Positions 1 to 8,288 of a stretch of 64,000 nucleotides of DNA are shown here, in pieces. Made by a program: the position numbers and the translations under genes. Location: positions 3,212 through 67,211 of the IMG/VR virus record IMGVR_UViG_3300035670_000177; one strand, given 5' to 3'. The notes beneath the pieces are model-generated. The model had not been told where the DNA came from, did not search any database, and was given only the letters and a program-made list of their open reading frames with translations. This DNA comes from a virus. Positions within the stretch are counted from its first letter, which is position 1, and every line of letters begins with the position of its first letter.

Positions 1-94
1 ATCAGAGTTGACTTGTTTTAATAACTTATCGGAGGCCAAAATAAGCTTTCAAACAGAGGGTCTTCACAGATATCTCATTCTGATTTTTAAAATT

Positions 95-300
95 GCCTTT
101 CGGCCAACAAAGTCCCTAGCGTCTGCTAGGCTACGGTGTAATTAGTGTAAGCCTACACCATCTCTCACCCTGTCTTTTCGTAGAACTACTAAACCGTATC
201 CGCCCTCGTAGTCGTAGCTCGGATTTAGCATCCATGTTGGAAGGACTGGTCTACTCGCCAACGTATTACGCCGCGTATGAACGTAATATCCGTATTGCTC
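95..300 (-). ncRNA. candidate structured non-coding RNA (dense stem-loops)
   Basis: No credible ORF. Consecutive hairpins: TATTACG/CGTAATA (264-288), GTTGG/CCAAC (236-262), ATCCG/CGGAT (198-224), GGTGTA/TACACC (135-159), CCTAGC/GCTAGG (115-130), and GCC-GAAA-GGC (GNRA loop on minus, 95-104). Confidence 0.5.
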
Positions 301-302
301 TT

Positions 303-515
303 TTAACAAGTCACTTGGACTTTAGACCAATCAAAATCACTAAGCTTTGGAATACTAGGAGTTACAGTAATTTGATTTCGATCAGGAGTCTTCTTATCAA
401 ACACAAGCTTCAAATGATCTTTAATAATCTGCCATTGCTTTTCTGAGATAGTGTCAGTGTTAGCAATTTCTACGAAGCCTTGGAGCCAGTATGTGAAATC
501 CGTTGCATTATTCAT
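303..515 (-). CDS. hypothetical phage protein
   Basis: 70 aa ORF; ATGA overlap with the upstream HNH gene; GAGG SD. Confidence 0.75.
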   Translation of the reverse strand: MNNATDFTYWLQGFVEIANTDTISEKQWQIIKDHLKLVFDKKTPDRNQITVTPSIPKLSDFDWSKVQVTC

Positions 516-946
516 CTTGATGCCTCTAAATATTCTATAGTCTTTAGGAGGAGATTAGTATCATCTTTAAACTTACCAATACCTATATTGCACTCACAGC
601 ATAACAAACCTCTAACCACGCCTGTTGTATGACAATGGTCTACATTCAGAGTGTATAGAGGCGAGTCTCCACATATTGCACAAGAGTAGTTTTGAGAAAC
701 TAACATTTCATCATAGTCTTCTTGTGTCATACCATAGTTTTTAAAAAGATGATGTCCCTTTGCCGTAGCACGCATCTTCTCTTTTACTTCAGGATTATTC
801 TCGTATCGCATCTTTGTTTCTATTCTTCTACAAATCTTGCATTTCAGCCGTCTACGCTTCTCTGGTCTGTTCTTAGACCTATATTCACCAAAATAATCCA
901 AGGGTAAACACAAATTACAAGTGTTGCAAACTCTAGTTTCTTCCAA
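512..946 (-). CDS. endonuclease VII-type HNH homing endonuclease
   Basis: CAICG...LNVDHCH..G.VRGLLC..CN..IG motif; N-terminal CxxC pairs; TTG start with GAGG SD. Confidence 0.9.
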   Translation of the reverse strand: MEETRVCNTCNLCLPLDYFGEYRSKNRPEKRRRLKCKICRRIETKMRYENNPEVKEKMRATAKGHHLFKNYGMTQEDYDEMLVSQNYSCAICGDSPLYTLNVDHCHTTGVVRGLLCCECNIGIGKFKDDTNLLLKTIEYLEASR

Positions 947-959
947 ACTAAACCTCTTT

Positions 960-1110
960 AGTCAAACTACCTGATAAGCCGCAACAGGGACGTTCAACTA
1001 ACCCTACTTAAAAAGTAGCTTGCTAAAGAAGTCTTACTGTTGGACGTTTTTTAACGACTGTTGCGCAGCCGATTAATTAAGCATAGGACAGATTTTATTC
1101 CATCCTATAC
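960..1110 (-). other. structured 5' leader or small RNA upstream of the HNH gene
   Basis: Nested inverted repeats GCAACAG/CTGTTGC, GACGTTCAAC/GTTGGACGTT and CTACT/AGTAG, plus a hairpin at 1081-1110, downstream of the promoter at 1116-1144. Confidence 0.45.
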
Positions 1111-1115
1111 GCTAT

Positions 1116-1144
1116 AGTATAACACCATTTATCAAACAGATCAA
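1116..1144 (-). promoter_or_regulatory. sigma70 promoter
   Basis: TTGATC-17-TATACT with extended TG. Confidence 0.7.
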
Positions 1145-1362
1145 GCACTTTCTTCATTTTCATAAGAAATACTTATGAATTCAAACTCTGTAAGATTTTG
1201 GAACTGATATTCATGCACTTCACAACTGTGAGGGTTGTAAGCAACACCTCTACAATCATGACACATATCTTCAGGAAGTCCGTCAGGACGACTCATCATC
1301 AGTTCTGTATCTGTTAGAAAGCAATCACATGCAATACATTTACTCATATTCCTCTTCATCAC
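1141..1362 (-). CDS. small Cys-rich (zinc-finger-like) protein
   Basis: CxxC...CxxC; the likely start is the third Met (MSKCIAC). Confidence 0.65.
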   Translation of the reverse strand: MMKRNMSKCIACDCFLTDTELMMSRPDGLPEDMCHDCRGVAYNPHSCEVHEYQFQNLTEFEFISISYENEESA

Positions 1363-1726
1363 CCGTGTAGATTTCTACATGACCGAATGATAGAGTGCTT
1401 CCATCTGACGAACATTCAAAATCTTTTTCAAATTTAACCAAGGTGCATCCAAAAGGTTCACCACCACCTTGCCACAACTCTTTAGGGACAATACCAATCA
1501 AGCCTGCGTCAACAGGGAAATTAGCACCAATGCTGCTAGGATAAACGCCATCACCGTAAGCTGTGCCGTATGCGACAACCTTCAGTCCATTAATTGCAAT
1601 ATCTTCACCATCGTTCCAATACTGCTCACAGAAATCACCAACCCAATCGAAACCATCTAAGTGGTCTTCCGACAGCACATAACAGCAATCACCAATGTAA
1701 TATTCACCAGCTTCTAAAATAACCAT
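1340..1726 (-). CDS. conserved hypothetical phage protein (YYIGD/GDG/VDAGLIG motifs)
   Basis: 128 aa; AGGAG SD; own promoter. Confidence 0.8.
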   Translation of the reverse strand: MVILEAGEYYIGDCCYVLSEDHLDGFDWVGDFCEQYWNDGEDIAINGLKVVAYGTAYGDGVYPSSIGANFPVDAGLIGIVPKELWQGGGEPFGCTLVKFEKDFECSSDGSTLSFGHVEIYTGDEEEYE

Positions 1727-1756
1727 GATACATCTCCTTTTGTTTAAGTATGATCT

Positions 1757-1785
1757 ATTGTAGCAACGAATCTTTAGTTTGTAAA
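1757..1785 (-). promoter_or_regulatory. sigma70 promoter
   Basis: TTTACA-17-TACAAT with extended TG. Confidence 0.7.
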
Positions 1786-1789
1786 GCCC

Positions 1790-2194
1790 TCAGAGAAATT
1801 TATTTTCTTCTTTATCAAAAATAGAGGATCCATTCCATTTAAAAGCCTTCTCTGTTTTCGATTCAAACATGTACCAAAACTCTAGTGCCAGTTGTTCATC
1901 AAAATCTTGTTTTGAATTTTTACCGTAGGTCTTGTTGTATAAAGAAGAAAGAGATTCTTTATCCCAAAGCAGAACGGCTTTCTCCATAGCATATGCTTGA
2001 TCTTCTGTTAGATTCTCAACAACCTTAAAAACATTGAATTTATATTTCCCATGTTTAAACAAATCCCTGTTCAGTTCAGCACAACTACTTCTTCCCGATG
2101 TGCAGTGTAACAATCTGTCCTTCTTCCCTTTTCCTACATAAACCAAAAGATCATTAACTACACAAGCATAAACATAATATTCTTTATTTATCAT
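1790..2194 (-). CDS. GIY-YIG family nuclease
   Basis: YYVY...VYVGKG...R..H, E in 'AYAMEK', and 'LYN' match the GIY-YIG motifs. Confidence 0.8.
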   Translation of the reverse strand: MINKEYYVYACVVNDLLVYVGKGKKDRLLHCTSGRSSCAELNRDLFKHGKYKFNVFKVVENLTEDQAYAMEKAVLLWDKESLSSLYNKTYGKNSKQDFDEQLALEFWYMFESKTEKAFKWNGSSIFDKEENKFL

Positions 2195-2259
2195 CTTTAT
2201 TATCTTATTTACTATTATTTCTTTAGTTATCTAATATTATTATTACTTAATCTTATATA

Positions 2260-2704
2260 CTTCCAAACTGAGTTCAGATAAGAACTTCAGATAAAAGAAA
2301 CCCTTACCCAGCCATACAAAGCTAACGCTCTGCCTAAGACTGAGTAGAGTACCTTATCTGATAGCTTTTATCTGCCTCTATCCGTTGTGAATAGATCTTC
2401 CAAACTTGAGACGAGATTAAGAGAGCCTTAGCTCTGTGGTCTGCACGGATAACACAGCCACCTTCAGGACAATGACACGTTCAAAGCATTGTCTTGCTAC
2501 ATTGCATATCGCACAGCCTTGACGGGCTGACAGGGAGGTAGTAGCTTTCAGTTTACCTTGCAGACTGTCCCATCACTCACAGTAGTCCGCTTGTTTAAGC
2601 TTATCGCTGCCAGGTCATGTAGGAAGCTTGTGTTTCCACAACACCACCACACTAGCCGACCAACATGCCGATTCACACAAAGCAGTGAACTCTTTTTAAC
2701 TAAC
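2260..2704 (-). ncRNA. structured RNA element copy 1 (promoter-driven, upstream of GIY-YIG)
   Basis: ORF-free; many stems; G-U pairs in the 3' hairpin (2300-2350) favour the minus strand; shares a core motif with 37532-37560. Confidence 0.65.
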
Positions 2705-2710
2705 CCATCT

Positions 2711-2739
2711 ATTATGACAGCTTTTTAAATAGATAGCAA
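2711..2739 (-). promoter_or_regulatory. extended -10 sigma70 promoter for RNA copy 1
   Basis: TTGCTA-17-CATAAT, TGn, followed by AGATG. Confidence 0.7.
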
Positions 2740-2804
2740 GTCTTTTAAATCTTTTTATCACCTTACCTATATAATTCTACCATGATAAGCTTATTTTGTA
2801 TAGT

Positions 2805-2814
2805 ACCGTTCGTC
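2805..2814 (+). promoter_or_regulatory. AlgR-type (LytTR) binding box
   Basis: ACCGTTCGTC matches the Pseudomonas AlgR consensus and lies between divergent promoters. Confidence 0.45.
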
Positions 2815-2872
2815 GGAAATATAGAGACTCAACACTTCCACACGTCAACCTAAAAATTCATAAAAATAGATG

Positions 2873-2900
2873 TTGACGTAGGGTGGATCTGTGGTAGAAT
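2873..2900 (+). promoter_or_regulatory. sigma70 promoter of the plus-strand block
   Basis: TTGACG-16-TAGAAT with extended TG; GGAGG SD before the ATG at 2933. Confidence 0.75.
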
Positions 2901-2932
2901 GACACCATCAACAACGAAATGGAGGTGTTTTT

Positions 2933-3427
2933 ATGAAATTCTTAGATTGGCTTTTTGGAGGACAATCACAACCTAAACGGGTTGTTAGGAATCCAGAAGA
3001 TAAAGAGCTTGTGATGGTAGGAGAACCTGTAATCTCCTTTGTAAAATGTTTGAAATCTGACCCTAAACGGTTTAAGGTTTCCACTTATTCAGAGATGTAC
3101 GCAGAGAACTCAGGAAAATGGCCACCTATCTACACTTGGATGCGTAATCGTTGGGGTCATACTGGTTACTATAAGCTTACTGATCGCAAACAAGGAGATG
3201 AATATTATGCCATTATTCACAAAGGCGAAATCTACAGTGTAAGTGGTTTAAAGTTCTCTCTGAATGCTTGGGAAAGACGATATGTCATGAAAGCTTTCTA
3301 TGGATTTCGACAAAAAGCCAAAGACCGTAAATTAGAAATGGTTCGACGTAAAATGGATAAGATTCGAGAAGAGCAAGAGAGTATTGGGAAACTAGAACGT
3401 GCAAAACTAATGGAGAAATTTCAATGA
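2933..3427 (+). CDS. hypothetical protein
   Basis: 164 aa; GGAGG SD. Confidence 0.8.
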   Translation: MKFLDWLFGGQSQPKRVVRNPEDKELVMVGEPVISFVKCLKSDPKRFKVSTYSEMYAENSGKWPPIYTWMRNRWGHTGYYKLTDRKQGDEYYAIIHKGEIYSVSGLKFSLNAWERRYVMKAFYGFRQKAKDRKLEMVRRKMDKIREEQESIGKLERAKLMEKFQ

Positions 3428-4217
3428 ACATCAAACAATTTATCAAATTCTTGCAAACCCTTCCACAAGATGCTACTGTACAAGTGTTGTCCCACTCAAG
3501 AGGGACAGGCTACTACGATCAAGGAGGAACTTGCTCTGTAGAAGATTTCTCTGTAGAATGTAATGAGTTTCAGCGAGGAGATAAATGGGCTTATGGGGAG
3601 CACTATGAGCTTACAACAGACAGCAGTGGACAAATGTATCTTCAATTAGGAGTGATGGATAAATGAGCCACGAGTTAGCAGACCGTGATGTGCAAGAAGT
3701 TTATACGGGATATGTCTCTTGGAATAAAGAGTTTGTTGTGCATATCAATTATTGGGCTGACACATCAAGCACGTACTACACGCGAGAGGATTTAGAGTAT
3801 ATGCTTCGTGTCTTGGACGGATTGGAAGAAGGAGTACAACTAAAGTGAAAACACAACCAAACACACACGGAGGTTGGATGCATTTCGTGCAGCAAGTTAA
3901 AGAACTGATTGACTATCCCTTGACCTCTGATGATTACAGTTTGATGATGCGAGAATATTACATTCTTGGGAAGAAACCAGAAGATTTTGTGAATAGGGAG
4001 AAATGATATGAAACGTGTTATCAGTTATAGCTATAGAACCTTTGATCTTGGATGTGGTTGCTGTTCTGATTCATCATCTACATATGATTTGTTTGAAGAT
4101 GGCAAAATGGTTGGTGATGATCTTTGGTGTCCGGTTATGGAAAATGAAGAAGAGCTTAGGGAATATCTTGCACATCTGGAACCATTTGATGTAGACTCAG
4201 ATTCACAATATTTTTAA
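3424..4217 (+). other. tandem small hypothetical CDSs (3424-3666, 3663-3848, 4008-4217)
   Basis: Closely packed ORFs with ATGA overlaps and SD sequences. Confidence 0.7.
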
Positions 4218-4228
4218 AGGAGGGTGAT

Positions 4229-4810
4229 ATGAAATATGAACTAATGGCTTTCCATCCATTTACTGGAGAACGTGTAACAATCGTGATGAGTGAGTTTGTT
4301 CACAAAGCTTACCAATTTGCAAAGAATGCACACAAAGACCAGAAACGTAAATATACTTTTGAGCCTTATATCAATCATCCTGTTGAAGTGATGCAGATTG
4401 TTTCGACTGTCCCGCACACAGAAGAAATGCTTGCTGCTGCTCTGCTGCACGATGTAGTTGAAGATTGCGGTGTACAGCTTCAAGAGATTTTTGATACCTT
4501 TAGCCCAAATGTGTGTTATATGGTAAATGATCTTTCTGACGTATCTTCACCAGAAGATGGCAACAGGGCAACACGAAAGGCTAAAGATCGTAATTGGATT
4601 GCAGGTGCAAAAGCACGTTCTAAAACAATCAAACTTGCAGACCTAATCAGCAACAGCCGTTCAATCGTAAAATACGATAAAGATTTTGCTCGTGTGTACA
4701 TAAAAGAGAAAGAATTGCTTCTTGAAGTGTTGACAGAAGGTGATGCTACGTTATATGCTCAAGCAAAGCAAATCGTAGAAGAAGCTAAGAAGCAGTTGGG
4801 ACTAGAATGA
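4229..4810 (+). CDS. RelA/SpoT-type HD-domain hydrolase (small alarmone hydrolase, Mesh1-like)
   Basis: AH..Q.RK...PYINHP.EV...AALLHDVVED...IKLADLISN. Confidence 0.9.
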   Translation: MKYELMAFHPFTGERVTIVMSEFVHKAYQFAKNAHKDQKRKYTFEPYINHPVEVMQIVSTVPHTEEMLAAALLHDVVEDCGVQLQEIFDTFSPNVCYMVNDLSDVSSPEDGNRATRKAKDRNWIAGAKARSKTIKLADLISNSRSIVKYDKDFARVYIKEKELLLEVLTEGDATLYAQAKQIVEEAKKQLGLE

Positions 4811-5004
4811 AAATTGATCTAGGCTATCTCGGTACTGTTGATCTTGAGCCGATGGAAACAGAAGTAATGGCAAATGAAGGGTTTCTAGTTGTTTTGTCTG
4901 GCTACACACCTTGTGGTATTCGAGTACACGGAGTTGTTGACCATAAAGAGTGGAACAGTTATCCAACCACTTGGAACAATGCAATCTTGATTAAGATTAA
5001 CTAA
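4807..5004 (+). CDS. hypothetical protein
   Basis: 65 aa; ATGA overlap. Confidence 0.65.
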   Translation: MKIDLGYLGTVDLEPMETEVMANEGFLVVLSGYTPCGIRVHGVVDHKEWNSYPTTWNNAILIKIN

Positions 5005-5110
5005 GGGAAATAACCTATAAAAACGCTTTCAAAACTCTAAGCAGTAGAGTAGGATGGAAAACAAGAGAAGTCGTTTATTTAGGCTGTAAAACACAAGTAA
5101 AAGAGGAGAT

Positions 5111-5473
5111 TTGAACGTGAATATTTGGATTGTACAGGGTAGCTCTGGTCAATATGACGATTATTGGACTTGGGCACACAAAGCTTTCTACTCTTATGAG
5201 GCTGCACAAGCTTGGATTGACAGACAAGCAAAAGTGGATTATCAAGCTCTAGAAGAGTTGGAAGTCCTATCTTTTGAATACCGAGCATCATTGTCAACTG
5301 AAGGAATCGAGACAGATGAGCAATGGGAAGCTTTTTACGCTGAAGAAGAAAAGATGGTAAAGAGAGCTATAGAGGAAATTCAAGCGAAGTATCCAAATGC
5401 TGACTTGACACAGGATTATGACTTTAACGGCTATCGTGTGATTGAACAACCAATTGAACTTGAGGGGATTTGA
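5111..5473 (+). CDS. hypothetical protein
   Basis: 120 aa; GAGGAG SD. Confidence 0.75.
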   Translation: MNVNIWIVQGSSGQYDDYWTWAHKAFYSYEAAQAWIDRQAKVDYQALEELEVLSFEYRASLSTEGIETDEQWEAFYAEEEKMVKRAIEEIQAKYPNADLTQDYDFNGYRVIEQPIELEGI

Positions 5474-5650
5474 ATGATGTTTAAAGCAGGAGATGTGGTG
5501 CAATTGAAATCAGGTGGTCCGCTGATGACTATCATTGTTGTGGACTACCCTGACACGGAGCGAGAAACTATTAATGTAGTCTGGTTTAATTCACAAAATG
5601 ATATTTGCTATGAAACTGTAAAAGCTTTTGCATTGGAGAAAACAAAATGA
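5474..5650 (+). CDS. YodC/DUF2158-like small protein (not in the ORF track)
   Basis: Manual translation: MMFKAGDVVQLKSGGPLMTI...VVWF, 58 aa. Confidence 0.8.
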   Translation: MMFKAGDVVQLKSGGPLMTIIVVDYPDTERETINVVWFNSQNDICYETVKAFALEKTK

Positions 5651-7850
5651 GACAAGAAGATATTGATTTCTTTAATCGTATAGACCCAAAGAAAGAGAAT
5701 GGGTCTATCCAAGCAATTCTTTCAGAAGGTAATCTACAAGCATTGAGCTTTGAGAGCGTTTCCAAACGCATTATTATGAATCTTCTGAATGATAGACAAG
5801 CTATTTTGACGGAGAATAAAGTGATGTCGAGCTACCTTAAGAAGATTGGTCATTACACTGCTGAAGCGATTGGACTAAAACAATGAAATGGTCTGACCTA
5901 CTGACAAGAAAAGATATTGAAAACTTGTTGAAATTAGCGTACTATCGTACTTTTAAAGGAGAGAAGAAATGAGTGATGTACGAAAGGTTGTAGGTGATAT
6001 TAATGAAAAATTATTTAATGAGTCGGTGTCGGATATGGATTATTTCCGCTTTCTTGAGTTGACTTGCACGCCATCTGGTGATTTCATTAAGTACATGGGA
6101 CATTTCATCTGGGACTCTGAGAACGATTACCGTGAATGGGTTGACGATGAGCAGGAACCACTAGAAGGCTATCTAATCAAACAAATGATTGAAATTAATA
6201 AAGTGATTGTTAATAGTCTTCGTGTTCTTGACAAACGATATAAAGCAATTGCTAGAGTTATGGACAACCGATTGAAAGGTGATGAGCTTCGTGTGGATAT
6301 TCTAGAACGAACACAAGAATTTATGGACAATCAAGACAAGTAAAACAGGAGAATTAAGATGAGTGGTAAATTTGTAAGCTTGGTAATGGTGGATCGTCAG
6401 TCAGATAATCTAGACGAAGAATGGGGTCGTGGTTTTAAAGGAATTACACATCTAGAGTTTGAAACAGTGCAAGACGCACGACAGTTCTTCTTAGAACAAG
6501 ACCGTCTATACCAAGATGGTATTTGGAAAGATACTCGGTTTGTCATGGTTCCATTTATGGGTAATAAATAAGATGATTTACATTCTCGCTTACTTAACCT
6601 GCGGCGTATGCTCTTTTTATCTTTTAAAATCATTCCTCTATCGCATCACAAAGGATCAAGGAGGGTTGTTCCATTGCATTCAGGAGTTGTTTGAGCAAAT
6701 GGACAAAGAAGAAATTAAAAAGAAAGGATACGCCGACAGTTCATGGAAACTAGCTGATGAAAATACGATGTTGGCTGTTGTTCATACACTATTTTTGATT
6801 ATTAACCTAGCTATTTGGCCAATTGTACTTGTAGCTTTGCTTTATTGGATGTATACTGGTGCTACTTGGGATGAATTGATTTATGAGGAGAAAGAATGAA
6901 AACTGTAAAACATAATTTTATGTCTTTGGAGATTGGTGAAAAGTTTAGACATATTGATTTTGACGATGAACGGATTTTCACTAAAGTAACTAGAGGCCGT
7001 TATCGTGATCAATTTGGATTCGAAGACTTTATGATGGATGCCCTAACTAAACGCTGGATTAAAGTGGAAGACGAAGATGAGTAATGTCCTTAGAGATGCA
7101 ATTATGCAGTTATACCGCGATAGTCCAGAAATTCTTTATGTGCTTAGTCAAGTGGATTTTACACAGCTTAATACTAAGTTTCAGGCTGAACTGGACCAAC
7201 GAATAGATAGAACTACTTATCAAAAAGTGGAGGATTTTCTTGCAACATCTGAATATTTGCTATACTGTGAATCTATCCAATCTGCAAGCATGGCAATGAC
7301 TCAAGATTTAGCTAAGCTTATTGAATTCGTACTTAACAAACCTAAAGGAGAAGTTAATTAATGAAATTTAGTATCCGTCTAACTGAACAAGAATGTAAAG
7401 ATGTATTTGGAACTATCAAGGCAGAACATCATTTTCCAATTGTGATTAATGGACGTAAGTTTGACTGCCATATAGCGACTATGTCAAGCTACTCAAACGG
7501 TAACGGTTGGTTTGGTCCAGCAAGCATGGAGCTAGAAATTGACGGCTATGGTGAAGACAAGGAAGCACAAGAAATTGCACAAGCTAAGGCTGAAGTCAAT
7601 CGTACAAAGGAAGCACATAAAGAAGCTCAACGTAAACTAAGTGCTTTGATGGAGGAAGAGAATGGAAATTCGTAAAATTATCAGAACTTACGAAGTGGAT
7701 ATGCAGTGTGACAATTGTGGTGTTGGTGAAATGCGATCTGACGGCACTAAACTCCTGAGTTATCCACCTAAGTATCCTCACGTCTGTAATAATTGTGGAC
7801 GTAAGGAAAATTATGGTAAATCTTACCCTTCAATTGAATATGGAGAATAA
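5647..7850 (+). other. run of small hypothetical CDSs (5647-5886, 5969-6343, 6359-6571, ~6573-6899 membrane, 6896-7084, 7077-7361, 7361-7675, 7662-7850 Zn-ribbon)
   Basis: Co-directional overlapping ORFs with SD sequences. Confidence 0.7.
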
Positions 7851-7853
7851 ATC

Positions 7854-8262
7854 TTGAGTACCAAACAGCAATATCAATCCGTCCTAGAGGATATGAATGG
7901 CTTAGAGGGTCAATTTGATTTATCTGTTGCACTTATTTCATCGCTTGATGATGGGAGTGAGGTGTTTAGCCACACCTCGGACATTTACACACAAATTGCT
8001 AACATTAAATCATGGAGTAGTAGTAAGATAAATGAGATTGAGAAGCAAGAGATGCTTGAGGGATTTTTAGCAGGGATGAGGGGTTTGTTTATTGAATATG
8101 GGGCTAAGCTTGAAATCGTGAGTGCTGCTGAGGGATCAGGTTACGGTCTTGCGTATGGGGGGGAGTAGTGAGAGTGTTGGGTTTAAGCTAACAATTGAGA
8201 AAGAAGGGTTGACAGTTTCTAAAATCTATGACAAACTGTCTCTACAAGCTGAAGACTTGTAA
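7854..8262 (+). pseudogene. hypothetical gene frameshifted at a G7 tract
   Basis: The ORF stops at 8168 just after G7 (8157-8163); removing one G extends it to TAA at 8262. Confidence 0.55.
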
Positions 8263-8288
8263 AATAAATTAATAGAAGGAAATTTATC

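Noticed and set aside
186-220. Group I intron around the EndoVII HNH (CTACGACTA resembles the R element)
   Set aside because: No matching S element (AGATATAGTC) and no identifiable split host gene.
1-300. tRNA, tmRNA or RNase P gene
   Set aside because: No cloverleaf with GTTCRA/CCA, no tmRNA ends, and no full RNase P P4 consensus.
2572-2580. 9 nt complementarity between RNA copy 1 (GUGAGUGAU) and copy 2 (AUCACUCAC, 37779-37787)
   Set aside because: A 9-mer match between two ~400 nt sequences is expected by chance.
2260-2704. Group II intron, retron or CRISPR interpretation of the RNA cassettes
   Set aside because: No domain V signature, no reverse transcriptase in the window, and no repeat-spacer array.
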